Source: Asterias rubens
Lineage: Eukaryota
Direction of reading: 5' to 3'
Length of the DNA stretch: 64,000 bases
NCBI RefSeq assembly: GCF_902459465.1
Contig: NC_047070.1
Coordinates: forward strand, 17,794,001-17,858,000
The notes under the pieces: model-generated
The model's database searches: none
What the model was told of the DNA's origin: nothing
The model's input: the letters and a program-made list of their open reading frames with translations, nothing else
Shown here: positions 38,401 through 48,821 of the stretch, piece by piece
Layout: each line of letters begins with the position of its first letter
Numbering within the stretch: position 1 is the first letter of the stretch
Program-made: the position numbers and the translations under genes

Positions 38401-38711
38401 AAATGTAATTAAAACAAAAGTGTCAACAAGTTAAAAATAACAATTATTTTTACCAAAATCATAGGAAGAGCACCAAAGATGAAAAGATCAGTCACCAGAC
38501 GAAGGAGAAGAGAATGGCAGAAGATAAGAAGAAACAAAGGGAAGAAGAGGCAAGGAAGGCTAAGGAGGAAGAAAGCATCCAGGCCTACGAGGACTGGGAG
38601 AGGAAAACCGAACGTAGGAAAGAGAGAGATGCTAAGAGAATGGCAAGAACACAACCAATATCCACCATGCCGTTCAGACCTAGTAGCAAAACTATACCAT
38701 ATGTGAGGTAG
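32434..38711 (+). CDS. MAP9: Microtubule-associated protein 9 (MAP9/ASAP)-like, about 908 aa
   Basis: Coding exons 32434-32446, 33275-33433, 33791-35514, 35903-35952, 36430-36655, 36940-37101, 37338-37483, 38465-38711, all phase-consistent. Putative 5' UTR exon ends at donor 30669. N-terminal FDEELR..SSDD; C-terminal coiled-coil repeats YDEW, SFNAWK, AFEAWK, AFRKW, AYEDW; terminal PFRPSSKT, like the MAP9 PWSPPSRT end. Confidence 0.75.
32857..33054. mobile_element. MITE copy (GGGCCCAATTTCAT TIR family)
   Basis: ccaggtcccaatttcatg ... ctctatgcaattgggcccagg. Confidence 0.65.
36040..36410 (+). mobile_element. Longer SINE copy (family A)
   Basis: cagcagagtgtgggttcgaatccc followed by cttgagcaaggcactt and an extended body. 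Confidence 0.65.
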
Positions 38712-39872
38712 TTTATAGCATTTTGATGCTTTATTGATGCTTTGTTTAAAAACTCATAATAATAAAAGTGGCAATTTATAATGCGTCTGTTCTGTCTAAA
38801 GGACACTCCTGGCGAGAGAAGCCGAAGAAAGTTGGCCTGCAGTGAGTTACATAGATGAACTTTTAAGCACGTACATGACTTATAGGCTGAAGATTACTGG
38901 AGCGGGGAAGAAGGTTCTATATTATTCAGAAAATTTGTGCAATAAAACTAAACACCTTAACTTTAAAAGTATGTTACAACCGTCCATAGCTGGGTTTTTG
39001 GGGGGCAGGAAAAGGGGGTGTATTATTTGTTGTACTACATACTAGAAATATACACGTATGTTGCTCCATGGTATAAGTGATTTTGTGCGACTATGAAAGT
39101 TGTCAAACTTTGGGTTGAAATCCACACTGCTTACAATTTAACCTGGACCAGAATTTTGTTCACAAGACCAGATTCAAAATGTAAAAAAAACCTTGAGAAG
39201 AGGAGAATCTTTCTGTACACGAATACTGTTTGACAGTATTGATATTGGCTGCAGTTTATATTTGAATACTGTTTGTTATTGTAATATAGATTTTAATAGA
39301 TTGTGAATATTTTGATCAAATTGTGAATAGTGTGCGTTGTTGATGGTATTAATATAATGAAATGATATTGTGTTTGCTTAATTTAACTGTTGTTTTAGCT
39401 AAACTCCCTGCCCGTCTTTTGTCTTATATATGGCATAGGCTGCAGTATGTTTATATTTAAATAAAATCTATTGTATTTCAGTGTTGTGAATAATTTAGAT
39501 AAATTGTGAATATTGTGTGTTGTTATGGTATTAAAAAATTACTATCATATGTTGCTGTGTTCTCACATTTTGTTTGTTTTCCATAACTATTTGAAAACTC
39601 CCCTGCCCTTCTTTGTAAACATTTGAATGATGTAATATCACCGGCAACGTAAATGTTGTGACGCAGAGATTGATAAGGTTTGATAGGCTATTTTTGCTGC
39701 TAACTGGTTTACTGTTCTCTGGTTAACTGGTTCTTTGATTACCTGGTTCTCTGATTGACTGGTTCTTTGATTTATCCAAATCCAAACAACAATATTTATT
39801 TTTAATAGTCATTAATTTCTTCCAATTTAGTTTAAGAAGTATGACAGCCATGACCCAATTTCATAGAGCTGC

Positions 39873-40214
39873 TTTAAGGCACTGGAAACTAATTATGCCT
39901 ATTGTTTAGTACTCAAAATGGTCGTTAGCATTAAAAACTTACTTGGTATAAAATGTGAGAAACAGCTCCCTCTGAAGTAATGTATCTTTTGAAAAAAACA
40001 AGTTAATTTCTCACCAAAATATTTGGTCTCAAGCTGAGGTCTCAAGTTCAAGCATCTGAAAGTACACAACTTGTGAGCCAAGGGCTTTTTTTTCTTCCAT
40101 TACTCTCACACAACTTTGACAACCAATTGAGGTCAAATTTTCACATGTTTGTTAATTTATGCATTTTGAGAATACTGGTATTTTGCAATTACCAATGGTA
40201 TCGAGTGCCTTTAA
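39873..40214 (+). mobile_element. Kolobok-like non-autonomous element nested in a MITE
   Basis: tttaaggcactgg ... gagtgcctttaa, sharing internal gtgagaaacagctccctctgaagt with the 46707 copy; flanked by the two halves of a GACCCAATTTCATAGAGCTGC MITE. Confidence 0.65.
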
Positions 40215-40619
40215 GCAGAACACATTACTAATGTACTTTCTTTATAATGATATTTAACATTTTACTTAGGCTTGTAACCATGTTCTGGCAAACAAGGTTT
40301 GTTGTGCTTAGCTACTTTATGAAATATAATTAATTTTGCATTTAGCACAACTAGAAGATCCCCTCCCCCCCACCCCCAAAAAAAATATTTAAAAAATGAC
40401 ATAGATTCCATCAAAACATCCTACTTTCACTCAGATATTGATGATTACATCAAAAGTATTCAGTCATTTACTTCATAGCAGTAGGTTTAAAAAAAGGGTA
40501 TCACAATCGAACAAAACCAGAAGGAAATACAGAAAGGCTTATTAGGCTTAACAAGATTTTTTATTTGACACTTAACAAATTATTAAGTTACCGGAAACAT
40601 TTAACAAATGAATTGTGGT

Positions 40620-41600
40620 AATCTTTCTCCACTTAGGATAGTTCTTAATTTTCACAGTCTGAGAAATATTTTCTTTCAGCGAGAAACCATTGTTTATGAC
40701 ACTTGCAGCCCCCCCCCCATATACTCAAAGGCTTTCAAACATTTCATTCATAAATTTGTCATTCTCTTAGTTCTTATTTTTCACAATCTGAGAAACCATT
40801 CGATTCCAACACCTGCATAAAAGCATTAATATACTTGAAAATCCCAAATGATCAAAACCAGTGAAATTATCTATTCTGATATCCAGCCGAGTCCTTGAAT
40901 GTTCCACAATCCAAGAAACCACTTGTTTATGACATTTGCAGCCCCGCATACCCCACAGCCCATCAAGCTTTTCATTCATAACTTGTTTCCTTCCTCACTT
41001 AAGAAAGTTCTTTAATTTTCACAATCTGAGAAACTATTTGTTTCTTCTGAGAAACTAATTGTTTCTGATTCATTGCCTTCAAGTGATCAAAACCAATGAA
41101 ATTAACATTTCTTTTATCAAATTTTACCAATTCCTTGAATGTTTTACAATCTTATAAACCATTTGTTTATGGCACTTTCAGGGTACACCTTTGTGTTTAC
41201 TCCAAAACCTTAAAGCATATCCAATGCTTGAAGTAGTCTGTACCATCAGAGATGCCTCGAAACTATGATTTCTTTCATCCAATTTGGCAGTCCTTCAATG
41301 CTTCACAATCTTAGAAACCATTTGTTTATGACTCATACAGCCCCCTCCCCCCTGTTTACTTCAAAGCCATCAATCATTTCATTTTTAACTTTTTTGTTTC
41401 CTACTTTAGAAAGTTCTCAACGTTTCACAATCTGAGAAACCATTTGTTTCTGATACCTGCATCAGCATTAACCAATATACTTTCAAACCCTTGAAGCCCT
41501 TGTTGCTTGCTCCATGCTTGAAGTAGTTTGAACCTTTGGAGAGGTCATTTGGGTAATTGTTCGTGATTTTTACAATCTGAGAAACCATTTGTTTAGGACA
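40620..41600. repeat. Degenerate higher-order tandem array, about 8 units of 115-160 bp
   Basis: Core TTCACAATCTGAGAAACCATTTGTTT at about 40651, 40780, 40903, 41018, 41143, 41302, 41424 and 41569. Confidence 0.85.
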
Positions 41601-41850
41601 CCGTGCAAATACCGCATTGCATTTGTTATAATTGTGTGCAATTTTGATTGATAAGCTTGGGACTTGAGAGATTTGACTGGCAGAGGGATTGCCCCCTTGC
41701 AGCCATAACACTTGCTGTGCCCTGCTTATCATTATCAGAGTAAATAGGTACAGGTGTTAAATGATGCCGCATCGACTAAAGTCCGCGCAACACTTAAAAA
41801 CATAAATTTGATAAATTTGGGGGGAACTGTTGAAAACGATGAGGATCAAA

Positions 41851-44800
41851 TCAAACAGCTGGCTCACTGGGGTGTCTTGCTAGCGCTTCTGTGACAGTCT
41901 GGCCTGCTGGACCATGAAAGTGGTACCTGAAGGGAAAAGATTTGAGAAAATATTTTAAACTTTCGCAAAGAAAATCATGTTATGTCATTTTTTTGTCACT
42001 TAATGACTAGATGCCAACTTTGGTGAAAGGCTGTTGGTTGTGTGATCGGTTTTATTGAAATCTAGGGGATAAGAATTAATTTACTTTTCCAAGAAACCAC
42101 TGATGTACAAATCATTTACACAAATCTTAAAGAATTGATATCACTCTGCAAATGATTGACTTACTTAAGTGCCCCTGTTGCTGGTGTTTCTTCTGTATTG
42201 AACTCGGCTACACTCACTCCACGACTAGCGATCATAGGCGCATACATAGCAGCGGGATAAACAACAGACGATGTGCCAATCTGATGAATGAAACAAAATT
42301 GATAAACAAATATGGGTGGTTTATTTTAACGAAAATGTTTTAAATAAAGCATCTGATAAGCTGTTTCAAATTTACAAAGGTTCAAGAGGCTATCTAACAA
42401 AATCACCATATAATTAAAGTGAGGGTCAGAAATTGTACAATACAAACAAAGGTTAAACAATAAAAACGAATAAGGAGGCAATAACATTATCAAACAAAAA
42501 AGTGAAGGAATAGTAGATCTTGATACAAAAGTTTTACACACAAACATTTCAAGAAAGTCAGTTCATTTTTTGTTATTAAGAAGTTGTTAAGAGTTTTCTT
42601 ACCACCAGACATAAGTCACACTCGTCACATTCGTCATCGATGACCTCCAGGTTTTTGGAATCAAGTCCCTCTCCAAACCATACTACATGCGGTCGTACAA
42701 GAGAATCACAACCGGGTTCACTGCACCTATCCAAATATCAAGTCAGTAACAAATAGATATCAAATAACAACTAACTGGTTTGTGCAAAGAAAAGTTGACC
42801 TGAGCAGGATCGCTGTTTTGTTGAATGATATATAAGGGTAACATTGATGGTCTAGGACTCCATTTCACCATGATTTCACAAAGAGCTCCAACTCAGTCAT
42901 AATTATAAAGTAAAGTGTGCACACAAAACAAATCACTTTTACTAGCCCAGAAACGCAATTTCTAAAACTAAACATTTCTTTATATACACTTCACCCTAAT
43001 AAAGAGTCCCTTGAGGAATGTTGTAAAAGGATTGGCCAACCTGTCCAACCAATTACATTTAGGAAGGCCAATGCCCTCCAGGGTGTGGTTTGTTCTGGCT
43101 GGGGTATTCATTCATAGGCCTACACAGTATGATGTATGCAAGAAAACTAAGGCCATGTATTTATAGGCACAGAGAGTTGTGCATAAGCAGCTGATTGTAG
43201 TGTGAATTGGCAAGAATAACTGCCCATAATATCTCCTTGCCAAAATGCTCTTGTACAAGAATTGGTTTCGGTAACAATACACTTTGTTAAAGTGGCTTTG
43301 TGATGTTGCCTTTGTGAAAGTTCAGCCCCTGGCTCTGCTGGGGAGCAGTGTCTACAACAACTGGCCCCATAGTTCCAATATGCTGGACTCCCTATCTGCT
43401 ATAGCTACCTCCATGGTACTGTACTATTAGTTGGCAGGAGGGTTACGTTATCGCAACTACTGTACTATGATACTACCATGGAGGTAGCACTTATTTCTAC
43501 CTCCATGGTACTACCATTAGGGAAGAAGCACTACGTAGCTAGTCCAGCCACTGGTCCTTGCTCTATGGTGCAGCGTATTATTGTCACTATTATGCGGCTG
43601 CAACAACATTCAAAAAGCAGAATCAGTACATTTACTTATTCCATGGAGGTAGAATTCCATGCTTATTCTCATCTCTATAATTTCATTTACATAATTATTT
43701 AACTTTTTTGTGATTTACTTTCTTTAGAATAATTATTCCATAGAGCAAGGCGTAAATCTAAATAGCCTATCTATACAGAAACATGAGAAAATAGAATTAG
43801 CTGTTGCAAACAACTTGCCAACCAAATGGACCGAGAGTATAAATGCAAAAAATAGTTAATGGCCTGATGTTTCGACCCTAGCAGAGTCTTTCTTGAAGGC
43901 TAAATGACAACACAACAAACATGAACAGGTAACTAAGTGAAACATAAGCAGTGAAGTGGAAATACATGAATGGGGTTAGAAAGCATACATAAAAAAGCAG
44001 GGGGTAAACAATGAATAGGGGGACAAAAAGGGGGGGGGTGAAGGGAAGGGACTGGCTTGACCACAAGCAAGAAGATGGAAACACAAAGGACAACATCAAG
44101 GGTGGTGAGGTTGGGTAAAAAGTAATTTATTAGCGAATGAGGCTCAGGCTATACAGAAACATCATACATTGTACCTTGAAAACCACAGAAAATAACCACT
44201 CAGCCTTGGCTCAATTGCAGGTTGTGTTACATCAGCAGAATGAGATTATTTTACCCATGCAGTTGCAAGGTGACCTTTTATCTTCAATGTAAGGCAAACA
44301 CTAGTGGGCTACTCCAAATGAAAAATAGGGGTGGTTTATGTCTAAAGTTCATGAAGGGGGGGGGGGAATAAAAAAGCTTATGGACAACCCTTTGAAACCT
44401 TTGTTCTTGTTCCATGACCAAACCATGCAGGAAAACTTTTACATTTTAAAAACTTCTTTCTTTTGAACCACAAAGAACAAATTGTTTAACTTACATAAAG
44501 AATAATTAATTTGCATCCTACTCCAGACAAGCTATTAGGGTGGTCAACTCTTCATGCATGGGTCAAGTGCAAGGGCTAACCCTGAAGCAGGTTTTTAGTA
44601 ATAAGCTCCAATCACGTTTTGTTTTTGTTTTTTTTGTTTTGACAATGAGGAATGGTTTTTTTGGAGTAATACTCTGCACCAATTTTCCAAGCCAGTTATC
44701 TTTCAGATATATTTGTTTAAGGTTGAACTTATAGTCTGTCCAGCTCCTATCAGTGACTTACCTTGGCAGATCTTTCTCTGGAATTCTAGCATCTTGAGTT

Positions 44801-47411
44801 GATGGATCAGGGGCTCTGTGGAAAATGAGCGCTGTGTTAGTATTTTCCAAACTATTCAACTTTTTCTTTTCATCAAACCCACATCATGAACAATTACTTG
44901 AGACAGGCAATCAGGTTAAGTTTCATTAAAGTCATGTGATTAAAATTTAATCACATGACTTTATTAAATCACCTTCCACAGTCCGTATTACCTGAAATTC
45001 AAAATTAAATTAAAGAATTTACCCTCTGTCTTTCAGAGCTGAAACAATGGGGCTTTTTCGGTCCTCTTTAATCGTACCGCACTTGACACACCGAGTCTTG
45101 AACAAGGTTCCTATAAAAGAAGAAAGTTATGAGATATTTAGACTCAATTAAACTGCATAGAATGACGCGCTAAGCAGCACAGTATAACTTTATAAACCAA
45201 TTTATAGAGCTGATAGATATCTCATATTTTAAACTTGATTATTTTTTAACTTTATAAAAGGTCACAAGGTAATTTAGAGCGGGATTTGAACCAGCGACCT
45301 CGGATTTCATTGATGCCCTCTAATTTCAGCTAAGCTCTAAGAATGTTTTCGTACTCATAAGGAACTGTATCCTACCATGCATTTCAATGATATTTTGCGT
45401 TCCTGCTCGAATGTGAAGCTCATCAATGTTCTGTGTGACGACCGTTACTCTCCGTCCCTGACCAGCAAGGCGCTTCTCACACTCAGCAATCGCCTTAAAA
45501 AATAGTAATTAATTGATTTTTATCAATGGGTCTGAAAGACTCATTCAACTCATTGCTTTAAACCACTTGACCCTAACACCCTTGTCCCAAAAGTTGGGTC
45601 ATTTCCCAATCTTTAAAAGCTACAACCCCCCACCCCCAACCACCAAAATGGTAAATGCCAACAAAAGGTTTTTGATGAGGTACCGGTACTACAGTTTAAA
45701 AGTTCAGCAATACCATACATTAAGCTATAAAGTTGCCATCATCTTAAAAATACAATTACCATGGAACCTCACCAGATGGGCCTTATTTGGACTTTTGGTT
45801 GCCATGACTTCCCTCCTGTAATGGTAGAACTCCCATACCAGAGAGGGGTTGTCTGCAAAGGCTTCTGGTGTAGCCAAATCCTAAGGGGGAAGAACAAAGA
45901 TTAATTCCAAGGTAATATTTCACTAGGCTGCATGTTACCAGTCACAATCTGTCACAAGAAGACTCGACTATAAAGTAACAAGTAAAGTAGTTTTAGGAAA
46001 AGTTCACCAAGGCTAGAGCAAAATTTCTTCCTAAAACAATAACAAGTTAATCCCTGAAGCAGATGGTGACTAAACTGGGATGATTGTAAACTTTCTTGTG
46101 TTTGGATTCGGAAATAAAATTCAGTAAACATACCTGAGCCTGCCATCGCCTCCAATACCCACCAGCTCCTCTGAATGTTGGTACCCCACTCTCAGCACTG
46201 ACCCCAGCTCCTGTCAATATCACAACATGCTTAGCCTTGGCAAACTCCTCACGGAATGCTGCCATGTCAGAATTCCACCTGGGTTGACTAGCCATCCCGT
46301 TGACTAGTGTGAGTAGACGAATTCCTTTGGTCGTAGCTCTGGACAAGAAAATGAGGATGTATAAATAAAATCCAATACATGATCAATGGCAATTGTGAGT
46401 TTACTCCGATGTTTTAGGGAAAACATTGCCGTATCCTACCAACACTTTTTCATTCGCTATGAAATCTTATAATATTTATAGTATCCAATTTACTTAAAAA
46501 GATTTATACATTTTGCCTATGAGTGATAAAGTGGCGTGGCAGTATACGGCAATATTTTCCTTTTGGAAAGTCTGGCCTGCTGACTAGTGTTGGCTAGCTA
46601 GCCCCATGAAATAGCACAAGTTTCATAAAAGGACACAGCGCCCCATTACCAACAAAACGTTTTAGAATTGTGTAGTAGGGTGCCTGTTTTCACTAGACTG
46701 CAGGACTTAAAGGCAGTGGACACTATTGGTAATTACTCAAAATAATTATCATCATAAAACCTTTCTTGATTACGAGTAATGGGGAGAGGTTGATAGTATT
46801 AAACATTGTGAGAAACAGCTCCCTCTGAAGTGACGTAGTTTTCGTAAAAGAAGTAGTTTTTCACGAATTTGATTTCGAGACCTCAAGTTTAGAATTTGAG
46901 GTCTCGAAATCAAGCATCGGAAAGCACACAACTTCATGTGACAAGGGTGTTTTTTTCTTTCAATATTATCTCGCAAACTCGAAGACCGATTGAGCTCAAA
47001 TTTTCACAGGTTTGTTATTTTATGCATATGTTGAGATGCACCAAGTGAGAAGACTGGTCTTTGACAATTACCATATAGAGCAAGCAAGAGATGGTTAGAT
47101 TGCTGAACTTGCAAAGCAGCAACTGTACACAGCGTGCACGACTGGCAACTGGTGCAGTGTCATGTCAATGCCATGTGTTGTGTGTGATGGTGTGATGTGA
47201 TGGTCTGTGTGTGCCCATCATCATCAGTGGTCAGTGCGACTGCGAGTGTCAGATTAGTTCAACATTTTCCCTGTTCTTGTATCAACCCACAAGACCATTC
47301 AGCCAACCCTAGTGTGTTTCCCTCATTCAATTTTGTTATCTAAACCAAGACCAGTAAACAACCAAGTATTACGATTACATACCGTCTTAAGCCCAAAGCA
47401 ACACAAGGCAT
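41851..47411 (-). CDS. SIRT5: NAD-dependent protein deacylase sirtuin-5, mitochondrial, 305 aa
   Basis: Exons 47411-47383, 46338-46134, 45880-45773, 45493-45376, 45110-45023, 44815-44762, 42726-42603, 42280-42165, 41926-41851 (918 nt). Motifs: [25 protein letters not shown] (SIRT5 Tyr/Arg specificity pair), TQNID, EMHG, two CxxC-type Zn ligand pairs, [19 protein letters not shown]. Confidence 0.96.
43404..43653. repeat. Two adjacent short inverted-repeat elements with CTACCTCCATGG ends
   Basis: Perfect 15-bp pair 43404-43418/43474-43488 and perfect 13-bp pair 43496-43508/43641-43653. Confidence 0.75.
43861..43900 (-). ncRNA. Degenerate minimal hammerhead-like motif of Penelope-like element type
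   Basis: Minus strand reads GCCT-TCAAGAAA-GACTCT(gct)AGGGTC-GAAAC-ATC-AGGC: stem I and stem II pairing plus GAAAC, but a non-canonical CUGANGA core. Confidence 0.45.
45273..45338 (-). mobile_element. tRNA-derived SINE head (family B)
   Basis: Reverse strand reads tagagcttagctg...gaggtcgctggttcaaatccc. Confidence 0.5.
46707..47073 (+). mobile_element. Kolobok-like non-autonomous DNA element, near full length
   Basis: TTAA|AGGCAGTGGACACTATTGGTAATT left end, internal hairpin tttcgagacctca...tgaggtctcgaaa, right subterminal ggtctttgacaattacca with the extreme end lost. TTAA plus RR..YY ends is the Kolobok signature. Confidence 0.65.
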
Positions 47412-48821
47412 CGCTGTGCAAGGAGAAAATTGGGGAAAGTACCTTTTCACAAAAACACACAGCCTGCCTCTGTTTAGTCTAGCGCCCTCTCGAGTTTGCT
47501 CAACTTTCAACTACTTCTGTATTTCTCTCTCAGAAGTTTTGGCCATTCAGGGGAATTTCCTACAACTCAACTGTCCTCACGAGCTCTTGTAGAAAATAAA
47601 CCCCACCCCCTCATCCCATGACCATAGCTTCCTTTGGCGCTATATAAATTCCCTCCGATTGATTGACCATGATGACCAGTTACTCAGTAATAACCCCCTT
47701 TGTTGACCTCAATGTAACACTTTTACAAATTATTTTCTAATGCCAGGTTTATTTTAAGTGTTTAGTTAACATAACATTTGACTTGTGTGTAATTTATCAT
47801 TCCACTGAGTGAAATGTACACATGTGGCAGCTGTGTATTGTCTAGATAAGTCTAAATTGTAGGGGTAGCCCCTCGATTGTCCAAATAACTGTTTTGGGAA
47901 GGCGCATTGTATGTTTCGGCTCAAACATGGAGCTATAATGGACTGTTTCAATTAGCTCACCCCACCATCTCAATCCACCTGTCTCCCCTTCTCCCACCCC
48001 CAACCTTATACCCCCCCCCAAAATAAAGTTTTGGTCTTGGAAAAGATTATTCATTAACAATGCAAGTCAATCAAGCTCCATCTTAAAAAATTAAAAATAA
48101 CAGTCAAAACACACTGATCACTGGAGTCATCACAGCCACTATTTATTTCATAGTCCTCCTTTTATTTATACAAAAGACATAGCTCTGTCATCCCTTAAAA
48201 TACAGGAGAAAAAAAACTTGATGTGCCACTCCCCTTTTGCATGAAAAACTTAATCCACAACAGTTTTCCAGATTTGTAAAAAGAAAATTGGGGATTATGT
48301 ACAAACTATAATGATTTTGAATAGGCTTTGATTTTTCGAAGCCATTCTCACAACAATGTGTGCCTTTCAACAAATTATATATATATATGTACATTTTCAC
48401 AACTACAATATACAGACAGACCTAGCATTTTCTCATTCCCACTTTTCGCCAAGAAAAAGAAAGACAAGAAAAAACATGGTCGAAGGCATCCCTACTAGAA
48501 TTAGAGGTATAAGTGTTTTCTCAATATCTTTATAAATTAATGGACGGGTGTACATTTTGAATTTTTAAGAAAAATATAAAAGGCATTATCAGAACCATTA
48601 AATCGTATGGGTTTTTCTTTATTAGAGCGGCAAAGAACAGTACCAAAAGATACAGTAACACCACAGCTGCCAAGTTTTGTTTGTTTGTTGTTGTTTTGGT
48701 GTTTGTCTGATCTTAATTAAATCTGCAATGGCAGACAGCATAAGTAAGATACATAATTGGACTCTTATGCATCGATGACAATCATGGTAATGCAAACAAA
48801 AATTGCAATAAGTATTCTCCA

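Noticed and set aside
40620-41600. CRISPR-like repeat-spacer appearance or a C/D snoRNA cluster
   Set aside because: Eukaryotic context, repeats imperfect, spacers related to each other and too long, no cas genes. CTGA is present but I found no consistent C box or terminal stems.
47090-47270. Antisense promoter suggested by GT/CAGTG-rich composition in SIRT5 intron 1
   Set aside because: Compositional impression only; no defined motif or exon.
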